Source: Felis catus (Eukaryota). From it: DNA of 64,000 bases. Shown here piece by piece: positions 38,289 to 50,448 of the stretch (position 1 is the first letter of the stretch; each line of letters begins with the position of its first letter). The notes under the pieces are model-generated. The model was given only the letters and a program-made list of their open reading frames with translations. It was not told the DNA's origin and did not search any database. The stretch covers positions 38,192,001-38,256,000 of the forward strand of contig NC_058374.1 in the NCBI RefSeq assembly GCF_018350175.1, in the 5' to 3' direction. The position numbers were made by a program, and so were the translations under genes.

Positions 38289-38844
38289 GTCAGTATTCAA
38301 CTTCCTGGGGCATAAGGGGCAGAAGGATCCTTTCTGTGCAGGGACTATCAAGGCTGAGCCATACAGAAACCCACCAGTGTGTCCCAGTTCACCAGCTATT
38401 CAGCCAGCCACTGCTTCAGGGTTCATTCCATTCAGGGAGGGAAGCTGCTGGGCAGTGCGCCTCCAGCTGGTGGGTTGTTTTTTATCTTCTGTTTCCGCGT
38501 GGCTCTCAGTACTTTAAAAACTGCCAAGGTCATCTGATCTCATAAAGTATAGTACAAAATGGGGGTAATACTTTGCATAAGTCTAGAAATATGATAGACT
38601 GGTTGTATTAGATGTATCTTTTGTTTTGTCTTGTTCAGCCCAGACAGACTTAACTACTTGAGGTCTCCCTACTGCTCTAGGTAAACCAGACTTAGAGCAC
38701 AAGAACGCGATTAACATGAACTATCCGTGTAGGTCATGTGGCACAACTTTTCAGCAAATGATGGTAGTTAGCAAACCCTCTCCTTGCTTCACTGAGATTA
38801 GAGAGTACTGGTCTCCTTCAGCATGTCTCCCCTTTTCTTTGCAG

Positions 38845-38886
38845 CTGACTTGTGTTGGGGTTGGAGATGTTTGTAATAAAGGAAAG
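38845..38886 (+). CDS. ITFG2: ITFG2 exon 3
   Basis: tgcag|CTG..AAG|gtaag; LTCVGVGDVCNKGK; 42 nt. Confidence 0.96.
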
Positions 38887-39072
38887 GTAAGAACTCTAGG
38901 GGACGTTGGGACTTCGGTAGAACTCCAAGGCTTTGCCTAGATTGCTCCCCCTCTCCTGGTGGAAATCAGTTGAGAGTTAAAGGCTTTAGCCCTCACTTCT
39001 GTCCTTTAACGACCAGGCTTGTGCCCAAACTTCCCTCCCCAGCCATCCCTCCTATGCCTCTGCCTCTCCCAG

Positions 39073-39244
39073 AACCTGGTGGTGGCGGTGAGTGCTGAGG
39101 GATGGTTTCACCTGTGTGACCTGACGCCTACCAAGGCCCTGGATGCTTCTGGGCACCACGAGACCCTAATGGGAGAGGAGCAGCATCCAGTCTTCAAGCA
39201 GCACATCCCTGCCAACACCAAGGTCATGCTGATCAGCGACATCG
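39073..39244 (+). CDS. ITFG2: ITFG2 exon 4
   Basis: cccag|AAC..ATCG|gtggg; [57 protein letters not shown]; 172 nt. Confidence 0.96.
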
Positions 39245-39954
39245 GTGGGCATGGCTGTCTCCGCAGGCAGCCAGGGGAATAGGAGTCAATGGGTAGTAGA
39301 GCAGATGTCATGGGATTCAGGGAGGTAGTTAGTATTCATGGGTGCAATTATTATGCATTTTATGTTGAGTTACTAAGCTCCCATTATAAACTAGTTATCA
39401 TTCTAAGCACTGTGATTGCAGCAGTGAATAAAATGGACAAAAATCACTGCCTTCTTGGACCTTTCCTAGGAAGGACAGAAAATAAACAGTGCAAAATATT
39501 TTAAGAAGATTAAATAGTATATTAGAATGTAGTAAGTGCCGTGGAGAAAATAAACCACAGAAAGAGGCTAGGGAGTGTCAGGGTAGAGAAGTAGAGCTAC
39601 CAATTCTAAATGGAGTTATCTGGAAAGTCCTTTCTGGGAAGGTGACATTTGATCAGACACTGAAAGTGGCAAGGGAGTGAGTCGTACAGATATAGGGCTG
39701 ATGTTTCGGCCAGAAGCTGTCACGAAGGTGATGGTATGTGGCATGAATCAGGACACCCGAATTTTGTGTCTGAGGGAAGAAGCACAGCACAAAGTGTGTG
39801 AGGGGACTAGCGCAGCTCTTGGGGTCTGAAGTTGTACTGGGTTTCGGCGCAAACGCTGGTGATGTTAGCAGGGGGCGGAGAGGACATGTGTGTAGGATTC
39901 AAGCTGATGAACACGCATGTGGCTCCAAACTCGTCCTACTTTCTGGACCCACAG

Positions 39955-40094
39955 ATGGAGATGGGTGTTGTGAGCTGGTGGTCGGTTACACGGACCGTGT
40001 GGTACGGGCTTTCCGCTGGGAAGATCTGGGTGAAGGCACTGAACATCCAACAGGGCAGCTGGTGTCACTCAAGAAGTGGACACTGGAGGGTCAG
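39955..40094 (+). CDS. ITFG2: ITFG2 exon 5
   Basis: cacag|AT..CAG|gtgag; [46 protein letters not shown]; 140 nt. Confidence 0.96.
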
Positions 40095-40565
40095 GTGAGA
40101 GGCTGAGCGGGGGGTGCTCAGGGAGACCAGGGAGCAGGGAAGAAGCCCTCCTGTAGGGGCCCTCTTGAGAGAACAGTCGTGGGTCAGGGTTTAGAGTGGG
40201 AGGAAGGGAAAATCTCCTTGTTGAGAGAAATCCAAAGAAGAGAGTTTCAAATCAGGGTCTTAGGGGAAAATTACTAATAAGAGGCAAAGAGCACCAGGCT
40301 AAGAGTTAAGAGTGTGCTTGAGGGTGTGATGTGCTTTGTGTCAGAGTGTGGACCCTGGTTGAGGCATGCACAGTGGAAAGCAGATGGGCTATGTGGAGAC
40401 GATGGCACGAGGCAGGAACCCTACAAACTCAAATTCTTCCTCCTGCTGTTGCCCCCCAAGCCTGGGATGCTGTTCCCAGGGCCCCTGCCCCACTTCTCTC
40501 CCATGCTCTCGGCAGGGTCCCATTTCTGTCCCCAGCCCCCTTTAAGGCCTTGTTCCCTGGTGCAG

Positions 40566-40714
40566 GTGGACAGTCTTTCAGTGACTCCAGGGCCCTTGGG
40601 TGTTCCTGAACTGATGGTGTCTCAGCCGGGCTGTGCTTACGCCATTCTCCTGTGTACCTGGAACAAGGACGCCGGGCCCCCTCCCACCTCTGAGGGGGCC
40701 CCGGAGGGCAGCAG
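40566..40714 (+). CDS. ITFG2: ITFG2 exon 6
   Basis: tgcag|GTG..CAG|gtaag; [49 protein letters not shown]; 149 nt. Confidence 0.96.
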
Positions 40715-41105
40715 GTAAGGGCGCAGACCTGTGGATGGTGTGGTTGTGTGGAATCTAGATGGGCTCCTGGATGCAATGGCAGTGGACAGGACTGCAGTGG
40801 GCAGAGCTGCTTTGGCTGGGTCCTGGCACAGCACCTTTGCCCCATTAAGGAAAATGATTTCAGGACCCAGGAAATCCTGGGCTTTAACCTCGTAGCACCT
40901 GGAAAAGATTCCAAGATTCTAACTTGGCAGCTCTGTCCCTCTCTTTTCTACTCACCACATGGGCCAGACAGGGTCAGCAATAGATTTCCAGGCTGATTCA
41001 CATCCTAGAAGCTCGTACAGAGATCGGGGCCACAAACATCCTGCAGAACTAGGCTCATTTGGTCCCCACTTAGTATCCCTCCCACCCCACCCCACCCCCA
41101 CACAG

Positions 41106-41203
41106 GGAGGCCCCGGCTGCCCGAGATGTCATGTTGCACCAGACTTCCGGCCGCATCCACAACAAGAATGTCTCCACCCACCTCATTGGCAACATCAAAC
41201 GAG
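41106..41203 (+). CDS. ITFG2: ITFG2 exon 7
   Basis: cacag|G..GAG|gtgaa; [32 protein letters not shown]; 98 nt. Confidence 0.96.
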
Positions 41204-41381
41204 GTGAAGGTGGGGTGGGGACACAGGAGGGAGCTGAGGGGCAAGCATCAATCCTGGGAGAGGGAAGATGCTGGGCCTTCCCTTCTCCCTACCTTGGGCC
41301 GCCTCTCACCCCACCCTGTATGCTCTGACCTTGCCCTACCCTTCACATTTTCTTATTCCTGTCCTTCTGTCCCTCCTGCAG

Positions 41382-41435
41382 GCCACAACTCTGAGATGGG
41401 TGGCTCCGGCCTCTTTGCCCTCTGCACCCTGGATG
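41382..41435 (+). CDS. ITFG2: ITFG2 exon 8
   Basis: tgcag|GC..ATG|gtgag; HNSEMGGSGLFALCTLD; 54 nt. Confidence 0.95.
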
Positions 41436-41527
41436 GTGAGTTCCTGCTGGGGCAGGAGGCTATGTGCCTGTGGGGTGTGCTCAGGGGTCCTTGTCCTGCC
41501 CACCCCAGCCTGCCTGTCACCCTGCAG

Positions 41528-41619
41528 GGACGCTGAAGCTCATGGAGGAAGCGGACAAGCTGCTGTGGTCGGTGCAGGTGGATCATCAGCTTTTTGCCCT
41601 AGAGAAACTGGATGTCACG
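41528..41619 (+). CDS. ITFG2: ITFG2 exon 9
   Basis: tgcag|GG..ACG|gtgag; [30 protein letters not shown]; 92 nt. As recalled, human has an extra MEE here (447 vs 444 aa). Confidence 0.96.
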
Positions 41620-42255
41620 GTGAGAGGAACACTCTTACCTTCTTCACGTGGAAACATGTGATGCAAATGAGTCCATTCTCACTTCACAGTTCGCTCTCGA
41701 TGTTTATCTAAGTCTCTTCAGACAGACTCTTAACTGCGTCTCAAGTGAGTCTTTTTCCTAACTTCTCAGGGCTTAGTACCATCTCTGCACTGCCGCGGAA
41801 TCTCTCGGCGGCAACTTTTCCAGGAGTAATGGCTCCAAAGAGAAATAATTTATTAGGGTCCAGAAGTGAGTTTTTGGCCTCAACTCCAGATGTATGTTCT
41901 GTAATTTTTTTTCTCGTCTATCTATGAGCCTCTCTTTACCAAGGCTGCAGCCCCAGAATCTGCGACACCGGGGGCATACTTTGCCATTGTGCATGTGTGA
42001 TGGTAGGAAAAAAGGCACGAGGCTTTGAAGTCGGTAGAACAGGCCTGGGTTTGAGTCCTGATTCTGTGCTGCCTCCCTTCTATGCTGTGTGACCACGAGT
42101 GAGCGACTTCATTTCTATAAGCTGAAGTTTCCTCCATATAAAATTGGGAATAATGGTGTCTCCTTCACCAGTTGTTTGGTGACTGGCGCACGGAGGAAGT
42201 TCAGTAAGAAACTTAGGGCTCCTTTCCTTCCTGGCTGTTGGTCACCCAGAACTAG

Positions 42256-42567
<312 letters not shown>

Positions 42568-43189
42568 TGAGCTCTTCAGCACTTTTGTTAGAGGGTGATG
42601 GTGGGTACTGAATTACCGTCTGCACAGTTTTAAATAAGGAATGAGAGACAGTGACAGGTTCATCTTTCAATATCTTAAAGAATGGGATGAGTTCTTAGCA
42701 TCTGCCCGTCTGGGATGTGTGAAGGCATGGGAAAGTTCTCTCCCATCTGAGCATGTCAGAACTCTGTGAGGAGCATTCTCCCAGACAATTTGCATTTGTT
42801 ACAAATCAGGGACTTGGAAAGCAGTCCTGGCTTTTTCAGGTGACATGGGGAGATCTTTGGTTGCTGAAATGGTAAGAATTGTATAGCGCTCTGGTGTACA
42901 TACTCTAGTGACCCAGAAGGTTAAAATGCCTTTGAAGAAGGGACTGCCACCANNNNNNNNNNNNNNNNNNNNNNNNNNNNNNNNNNNNNNNNNNNNNNNN
43001 NNNNNNNNNNNNNNNNNNNNNNNNNNNNNNNNNNNNNNNNNNNNNNNNNNNNNNNNNNNNNNNNNNNNNNNNNNNNNNNNNNNNNNNNNNNNNNNNNNNN
43101 NNNNNNNNNNNNNNNNNNNNNNNNNNNNNNNNNNNNNNNNNNNNNNNNNNNNNNNNNNNNNNNNNNNNNNNNNNNNNNNNNNNNNNNNN

Positions 43190-43970
43190 NNNNNNNTATC
43201 AGAGAGAGCTCACAAACTGTGAGATCATGACCTGAGCTGAAATTAAGAGTTGGATCACTTAACCAACTGAGCAACCCAGGTGCCCAGCTTTAGTTTCTGA
43301 TCGTGTTTTGCTAATCTACCCCTTGGACTACCAAAACTGTCCTTCATTCCTCCAAGGCTATCACTAAGATGGGAAAATCAGCAAAGCACTTTTGTGGGGC
43401 CATTCTGCCTTGTGGGTTTTTTTTCTTTTTTTTTTTTTAATTTATTAAGCCATCTTACCATAACTCAATACCTATTTTTTTTTTAATGTTTATTTATTTT
43501 TGAGAGAGAGACACAGTGCAAGCAGGGAAGGGGCAGAGAGAGAGGGAGACAGAATCTGAAGCAGGCTCCAGGCTCTGAGCTGCCAGCACAGAGCCCGACA
43601 CGGGGCTGAGACTCACAAGCTGTGAGATTATGACCTGAGCCGAAGTCAGACGCTTAACCGACTGAGCCACCCAGGTGCTTCCCATGGTGTTTTTTCATAT
43701 CTGAAATGGGGAGGTATTTTACCTATTTTACTGAGTTCCCAACACAAATGGATTAGAAAGAGGGCCTTCAGGGGCGTCTGGGTGGCTCAGTCGGTTAAGC
43801 ATCTGACTTTGGCTCAAGTCATGATCTCACAGTTTGGGAGTTTGAGTCCCGCAACAGGCTTGGAGCTTGTAGCCTGCTTCAGATTCTGTGTCTCCCTCTC
43901 TCTCGCTCCTCCCCCACTCATGCTTTGTCTCTCAAAAATAAATAAACATTTTTTTTAAATTAAAAAAAAA
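43190..43970. mobile_element. CanSINE cluster in ITFG2 intron 10
   Basis: Reverse copies at ~43197-43285 and ~43480-43682; forward copy at ~43771-43970. Confidence 0.85.
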
Positions 43971-44103
43971 GAGGGCCTTTAGCTTTCTGCTTGACGTCTG
44001 TGGGAGGGTCAAACTGCTGACTCCAAGGCCTGCATCTTGTTCTCTGCCCTTCCCCACTGGGACTCGAACTCTCTGACCTTTGTCTCACCCCCACACCCTG
44101 CAG

Positions 44104-44277
44104 GCCTGTATGCCTGCAAGGAGGGCCGCAATAGCCCCTGCCTCGTGTACGTCACATTCAACCAGAAGATCTATGTGTACTGGGAGGTGCAGCTTGAGCG
44201 GATGGAGTCGACCAATCTGCTGAAGCTGCTGGAGGCTGAGCCAGAGTTCCAGAGCCTGCTGCAGGAGCTGGGCGTGG
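44104..44277 (+). CDS. ITFG2: ITFG2 exon 11
   Basis: tgcag|GC..TGG|gtgag; [57 protein letters not shown]; 174 nt. Confidence 0.96.
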
Positions 44278-44367
44278 GTGAGTCCCAGGAGTGCTTCAGG
44301 CCCGAGAAGCCCCGTGCCAGGTGCCCACAGATCCACAGCCTCTGAACCGCCCCTTTCTTGCCCTCAG

Positions 44368-44471
44368 ATCCCGATGACCTCCCAGCTGTCCGCGCCCTGC
44401 TTCACCAAACCCTCTACCATCCAGACCAGCCCCCACAGTGTGCTCCTGCAAGCCTCCACGATCCCACCTAG
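44368..44471 (+). CDS. ITFG2: ITFG2 exon 12 (terminal coding exon)
   Basis: ctcag|AT; [33 protein letters not shown] then TAG at 44469-44471. Confidence 0.96.
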
Positions 44472-45236
44472 CTGGACTTGCCCTCTTAGCTGAAGAAGGA
44501 GCCTCCTGAACCAACCCACCCCCCAAGGTATCCATAGTGCTGGCAGGATTGGGAGTAAACATCACAGAGGAGCGTGGAAAGATGGCAGCAACCTTAGGGA
44601 AGCTGTGAACTATAGCCTTCATGGTCTCCTTGGTGAAAGAAGAGGCGAGTTGGCCCTCGGCCCTATTTCCTTATGTACCTCACCCATCACATCAGCAGAA
44701 TCATAGAACCCCAGCCTCATTCCACATCATCTGGGACTGCCCCCTTCCTAGACCCCGCCCTCCCCCCCCCCCCAACTCTCATTGTGTGGAAAACAGACTT
44801 GTTCATGAGGAGGGAGCACAGATCCTTTGCATGGCTCCGATGCCTATAAGGAAACCAGGCTTCGGAGCCAGTAGGGCTATGAGATAAGGGCTCCCTGCAT
44901 CCCAAGCTCCGTCTTCCATGGCACAGCTCCAAGTCACTGACATTAGGTATTATTACAGGAATGGCACACTGTTTTGCTTTTGAAGGGGGGTCTTTAATCA
45001 TCTTACAGTCTGGTCTTAATTGTTCCCAGCAACGCTGAGATGATTGTCTTTACCAAAGAAACTGGGCTAGCACTTTCTCATTTTGCCATGTTGCTTGTGC
45101 AACTTTGTGGGCCTTGCACCCACATCCCCCCAAAACACCTTTAGAATCCAATGCGGGTTTATGATCCAGACCACAATCAGAATTCTATCTTGGACCATTT
45201 ATATTCCTTCTGCTCTCGATTCTGTGCACCGTTAGT

Positions 45237-45477
45237 TAGTGTTTTTCACGTTACAGGCTGCGATTCTTTGGTGGGTTGTGGTCAGCATTGTTTGAATAAA
45301 CGAAATGGGGTAGAATAAAATAGAAAGAAAAATATCAGAGTGTCATACTCACAGCATAGGGAAGTATTGTTTTGTTATAACTGTACATGTGCATGTGCAT
45401 GTGCGTGTGTATGCTAACTGCTCCGTAAAATGTATTTCCTGCTGTGAGTTGTGTTCAGAGGAGTCAGAAAGCCATTG
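45237..45477. mobile_element. hAT-type DNA transposon remnant between ITFG2 and NRIP2 3' ends (subfamily not assigned)
   Basis: tagtgtttttca start; agaataaaatagaaagaaaaatatcagagtg; gtaaaatgtatttcctgctgtgag; gaaagccattg end. Confidence 0.55.
45295..45329 (+). terminator. ITFG2 candidate polyA signals (AATAAA at 45295 and 45324)
   Basis: First canonical hexamers I found after the ITFG2 stop; GU-rich sequence follows. Confidence 0.55.
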
Positions 45478-45633
45478 CTCTCAATTATATTAACCCAGCC
45501 AGACGGGTCAACCTGGGGAAAGGTCCACATTCACATCACCTTTCTGTAAGGGAATAAGGGCAGAGTTACCAATTCGGACTCTGATCGACATGGAGGGAAA
45601 CCAGAGAAGGACATGAGCATAGAGAAACAGGTG

Positions 45634-45639
45634 TTTATT
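45634..45639 (-). terminator. NRIP2 candidate polyA signal (AATAAA on minus strand)
   Basis: TTTATT on the plus strand ~1.4 kb past the NRIP2 stop. Confidence 0.55.
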
Positions 45640-47020
45640 CAAGTGGAGAAGCAGCTGGGCTGAAGGCCTGCCACTGGGTCTGGGGTCTGCGGTTATAGAA
45701 GCAGCAGGAGGCAGGAAGGAACAGGCAGAGCCAGGAAAGCAGAGGTTATGGGGCAAGGCAGTGAGGGACCAAGGGTACCCACATTACACGTGTGGTAGTG
45801 AGCCCCCTCCTCTTCTCTTGAGGTCAGGGGACTCAGCTGGGAAAGGCAAGACCAGATGTCACAGGGCAGCTGGTTCTCCTCTAGTCTACCCCAGGCTCAC
45901 AATCTTGTTTCCACCCCAAGGTCCTAGTTCCCTAGCTGAGGTTAGTTACACCATTGTCTTCCTCTGCCCTTCGTCCGTGACTTGAGAGACTCAAACCTGC
46001 CAGAAAGATGCTCAGGGTGTCTGGCTCCTTAAGGTTTGGGTTCCTCTCTTTACAGTGAAGATGAAAAGCCTCCTTGTTTTTGTGCTTTGGCTCAGAGCCT
46101 GGCAAGGGATCAAAATAAGATTCCAAAATAAGACAAGCTCAAGCTCAGGAGGCCAGAGATGAGGGGAAGGAAGAACGTCTAATGAGGTGAGTAGTTCTAG
46201 AAATAAGAAAGACTACTGGTTAGGTTCCAAGTCTGAGTACGGCCAGGCCCTGCCATCCTGTCCACCTTGTGGGGGCAGTTCCCAACAGGGCTCCTCACCA
46301 TCCCCCTGAAGTGTAAAAAAGCAAGTGGAGGACGAGAGACACCTGGAGAAATGCTAGAGGTACACCCAAGGTTTCGCACAGGGAAATCAAATAATAACTG
46401 ACTTCTGACATTTGCAACCCCAGGAAAGGTAACTGAGAAAGCTTCTGAAGCTCCTCTGCCAACTCGCCTTTCTACTGTACCGGAGTATTCTGTTTCCTGT
46501 TTCTTCCCCCACTCAGCTGTGAGCAGATGTGCGCAGAATCAGAAAGGCAGGCGGCAGCAGGGACAGGACCCCTGGTGGGTGAGATGTGGCAGTCTAGTTG
46601 CAAGAGGTACTAAGCCCCAGGAGGGGAAGGGAGAGGCATGGGAGTGAAGGCCACCGAGGGGTGTGTGGGGTGGATCTGGAGGCAGGTAAAGGACAGTATG
46701 GGCTGCAGCCTTTGACTTGGGCCAGTTCCTACCACGCCACGCTTACATCCTTTTCCACAGTCCTGATTTGGAGGGGAACGGGGAGGCCAGTCCCCTGAGA
46801 TCATGGGCCCTCTTTCTGGAAGTCTTCTGGAGGATTGAGCAGTTGCTGAGAAGCAGAGAGGAATGTGGCTGACTGAGGCCAATGGGACGGCAGGGTCAGG
46901 GTGGTGACAGAAGGGACAGACGTGGTAGTCCCAGGTACCTGGCTCTAGTAATGCCCCATTCCCCAACATGGCTCTTCCCCGAGGCAAGGTCCTTCCCCCG
47001 GGGACTGGCTGGTTCATCAG

Positions 47021-47113
47021 TCACTGGCCAGGCTCTTGGTACAGAGGCAGGAAGGGCAGCTCTGAGAAGGGGGCCCTCAGCCGCAGCACTCCATGCTCGA
47101 GGTCGATGCAGCA
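47021..47113 (-). CDS. NRIP2: NRIP2 exon 6 (terminal coding exon)
   Basis: cacag|TGC; CCIDLEHGVLRLRAPFSELPFLPLYQEPGQ then TGA. Confidence 0.95.
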   Translation of the reverse strand, partial: CCIDLEHGVLRLRAPFSELPFLPLYQEPGQ

Positions 47114-47450
47114 CTGTGGGGGGTGGGGGGAAATGTGTGCTTCTCTCAGCAGGTAGCCTCTCCCTCAGCCCTCCCCCCCCCACTTTCCACAGCCCCCAGC
47201 CCCCTGCTCCTTGCTCATCCCCCTGTTTCCATTCACCTGGAACTCTGGGGTTGTGGGCAGTGGGACCTGGTTCTTATGCTTCACTTGTGGGCAAATAAGG
47301 AACCTCCAAGGAAGCAAGGTGAAATCCCACAACTCTGAGTCATTCTCATCAGAAGCTGGCCCACGCTTCCTCACCTGTGCCTTTTACCTCTTTATCCCAG
47401 CCCTTTGGGTCAGGCCCCAAATGTGGGTCAAGCGCCCGCATCCTTCTTAC

Positions 47451-47503
47451 CTTGAGAGAAAGCAGAGTCTGCAGTCCAAGACAGAATTCAGGACTCTCAA
47501 CAT
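47451..47503 (-). CDS. NRIP2: NRIP2 exon 5 (LxxLL motif LQTLL)
   Basis: tgcag|AT..AAG|gtaag; VESPEFCLGLQTLLSLK; 53 nt. Confidence 0.95.
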
Positions 47504-47698
47504 CTGCAGGAATCGTTTGAAAACAGAAGAGGCTGGAGGGCACCCAGGGGTCACGGTGCCCTGTGAGCACTCACTCCTTGTCTGCCTCCCCACCCCCAGC
47601 TCTGAGGATCTGGGCCCAGAGATTGGGGGCACCTCATATGGTGCCAGGAGAGGAAGGCGGAAGAGGAAGAAGAGGCTGTGAATGAAGGGAGGACTCAC

Positions 47699-47817
47699 CC
47701 ACAACCTGGGCTGAGCAGGCCACTGTCTCCTGGCCCAGCTGTAGCTCCAGCTGCTCCACCTGCGTGGGGGGCCCAGGTGCCACGTCCCCACCTGGGGCTT
47801 TGAGGACCTTCCCTAAC
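47699..47817 (-). CDS. NRIP2: NRIP2 exon 4
   Basis: cacag|G..TGG|gtgag; LGKVLKAPGGDVAPGPPTQVEQLELQLGQETVACSAQVV; 119 nt. Confidence 0.95.
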
Positions 47818-48170
47818 CTGTGGTTGGGAAGTAAGGGTTATGGCCACCACAGCCCCCAACCCCAATGCCTTTGTCAGCTGACGCCCCTCCCCCTACACGT
47901 GGGTTCTCATCCAATCCCTTGCCCCCACGTGGGGTCTGAATCCTTGTCTTCTCTACCAGAGCCCCCATCCAATCTTTTTTTTTTTTTCCAATTATAGCTC
48001 TATTGGTATATAGTTCATATACCGCAAAAGCTACCCTTTTATAAATGCAGAGGCTTTTAGTATATTCATAGAGTTATGCAACTACCACTACTATCTAATA
48101 TCAGAATATTTTCATCACCCCCCCTAAAGAAACCCCATCCCCCATCCATTCTTTTAGGCCACACTCTTAC

Positions 48171-48253
48171 CCCAGGCGGCTGAGGCACCCAGCTGAGATC
48201 TGGTTGTGTTGGGTGCCTGTGTCCACGGCCACCCGAAGCTCCTGGTCTCGGCA
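48171..48253 (-). CDS. NRIP2: NRIP2 exon 3 (DTG motif)
   Basis: ctcag|TGC..TGG|gtaag; CRDQELRVAVDTGTQHNQISAGCLSRL; 83 nt. Confidence 0.95.
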
Positions 48254-49353
48254 CTGAGAAAGAGGGTCGCGGGGAGTCAGAATGGATTGGGCTTGGATCC
48301 TTCACCTTTCCCAGCCCTTTGATGACTCCCTCTCAAAAACGTGTGAAGGGAATGAACCAAGCCTTTCAGAGTGATCTTTATGGCACTCATGCAATCGAGG
48401 CAAAACTGGCTCTTAGATGGAGGAATCAAAAAAGGAAGTAGAGCTGTCTATGGGGAGATCATACACTTGGGAACCACTTGACCAGAAATGGAGATCTGTT
48501 TGTGTAGAGGAATTCTTGGGACGCCAGGGGCTTAGGTTAGAGAGGTCTAGGTGAGGGATACAGGAGGGGTGAGAAGACCAGGCTGTCTCGCCAGGAAGTT
48601 CAGATGGGGGTAAGCGACAGGTTTACCACGGAAACAGACGGGTTCACTTTCTTCTGGATATATACAGACATTTGTGGGTACACTTGGACATCCCAAATGC
48701 ATGCCATTTTCTCAATCCAGACTTCTGCTGAGCACCTGCTATGTGCCAGAGATGTTGCTGGAAGGCACATCAATGAATGCTGTGCTCGGGTGTAGGGAAG
48801 TGACATGTAACTAATGCATGGTAGAAAGTTTTAAGGTCTATGAAAGGGTTGTCAATAAAGTGTCCTGGATATTGAGAGGGAGGGGAGGCTCTTTCTCCCC
48901 TGGGGAAATCAGAAAAGGTTTCAAAGAGGAGGTAACATTTGAGGCTTTAAAAGGCTCTAGAATGTGGCCAGAGACTGGAGAGCAGGAAGAGGAAATGCCA
49001 CACAAAAGTGGTGGCAGAGGAGTGGTGGGTGTTCAGTACCGCTGGGGTGGTCAAATGGCTCCAGAGAGGACCATGCTGTCATCGGGAAACACTGGCAAGT
49101 ATTTACACATGCGCATTTGGAGATTACATTTGATAAAAGGGTTGGCACGGACACGTGGAATTGCACGGAGGGAAGATGGGTTGAGGTAGAAAGTAGAGAA
49201 TGTACAGGATCCCATTTTTAGGTCCAGCCTCGGGGGAGAGGTGCTTTTTCTCCCTCCCTCCTTCCCTCACCACCCAGGGGAGGAAGGAGAGTGGCGGAAG
49301 TGAGCCGTTCACAGGATCATTCATGAAAGCCAGTGCCCTGGGAGGCCTCTCAC

Positions 49354-49506
49354 CTTGCAGTTCACCAGAAGAGCAGGAATCTGTGTCTTGCTGGTCTTCC
49401 TCCTGCTCTCCTGGCTGTGAATCGGGGCCTGCGCGGGGGGAGACTCCCCCTGAAACCGACTCTGGTTTCCCTCCACCAGGCGTCTTTGGATCACACTGTG
49501 CGGCTG
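49354..49506 (-). CDS. NRIP2: NRIP2 exon 2
   Basis: gccag|CAG..AAG|gtgag; QPHSVIQRRLVEGNQSRFQGESPPAQAPIHSQESRRKTSKTQIPALLVNCK; 153 nt. Confidence 0.94.
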
Positions 49507-50227
49507 CTGGCTCCGTCACAAAACAAAGAAGGCAGACAGGTCTAAACCCAAGTATCCAGGCCACTCAGCTCTCCCACCTTAGATCTCCCACGATGTTCAA
49601 CCTAACCCCACCCCAGTCCCGCGTCTCATGGGAGTAAGAAAGGGGCAGTATCTTACCCAAGTCCCAGCCGTCACATCTTTATAGCAGAGTGAACCCTCGT
49701 ATCAAATCATACCATTTTGCTGAGACCCCAATAGATTGCTCAGCAATGAAGAAATGAGAAAAGAACAGTCCATTCTAGGTTTAGACCAACCTATTGACTG
49801 CCAAGACCTCTCAGGAGCTAGTATTATGCTTGGGGAACTTTTTGTCTCAGGTCTACAACACATTTTTAACATTTTTTTCCCCTTTGTTTCCCCTTCTGAC
49901 CTCATCCTTCAATGGGCTGCAGATCCCAGAGTTGATGTTGTGATGGAAGTCAGAGAAAAAAAGTCACATCTTCAAAACTAGGATGCTTGAACCATCTCTC
50001 GCCTGAAACCACCTTCACTCCATCTGGTCAATTTACTAAGTTCTGCCAGCTTTGTCTCCTGTATTTATAGAGTCCAACCCTGCTTTGTACTACTGCCTTT
50101 ATTCGAGCCTCACCTCAGCTGTCCTGGATCACTGGACCACCTCCCGAAGTTCCTAAGAACTGGCCTCCAGTACTGCTGTCTCTCAGATACACCTGCTTGT
50201 AGCCAGTGATTATCTAAAACCCTTGCT

Positions 50228-50440
50228 TCTCGGGTGCTTGAGTGGCTTAGTCGGTTAAGGGTCCAACTCTGGATTTCAGCTCAGGTCGTGATCTCACAGT
50301 TCGTGAGTTCGAGCCCCATGTCAGACTCTGCACTGACGATGTGGAGCCTGCTTGGGATTCTTTCTCTCCCCCTCCCTCTACCCCTCCCCAGCTCAAGCTC
50401 ACGCTCTCTCTCAGAATAAATGAATAAACTTAAGAAAAAT
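50228..50440 (+). mobile_element. Older CanSINE in NRIP2 intron 1
   Basis: Head gggtgcttgagtggcttagtcggttaag; its tail is the target of the next SINE. Confidence 0.85.
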
Positions 50441-50448
50441 AAAGCCCT

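Noticed and set aside
44278-44367. 90-nt ITFG2 intron 11 as a frame-preserving retained intron
   Set aside because: Contains an in-frame TGA at 44343-44345.
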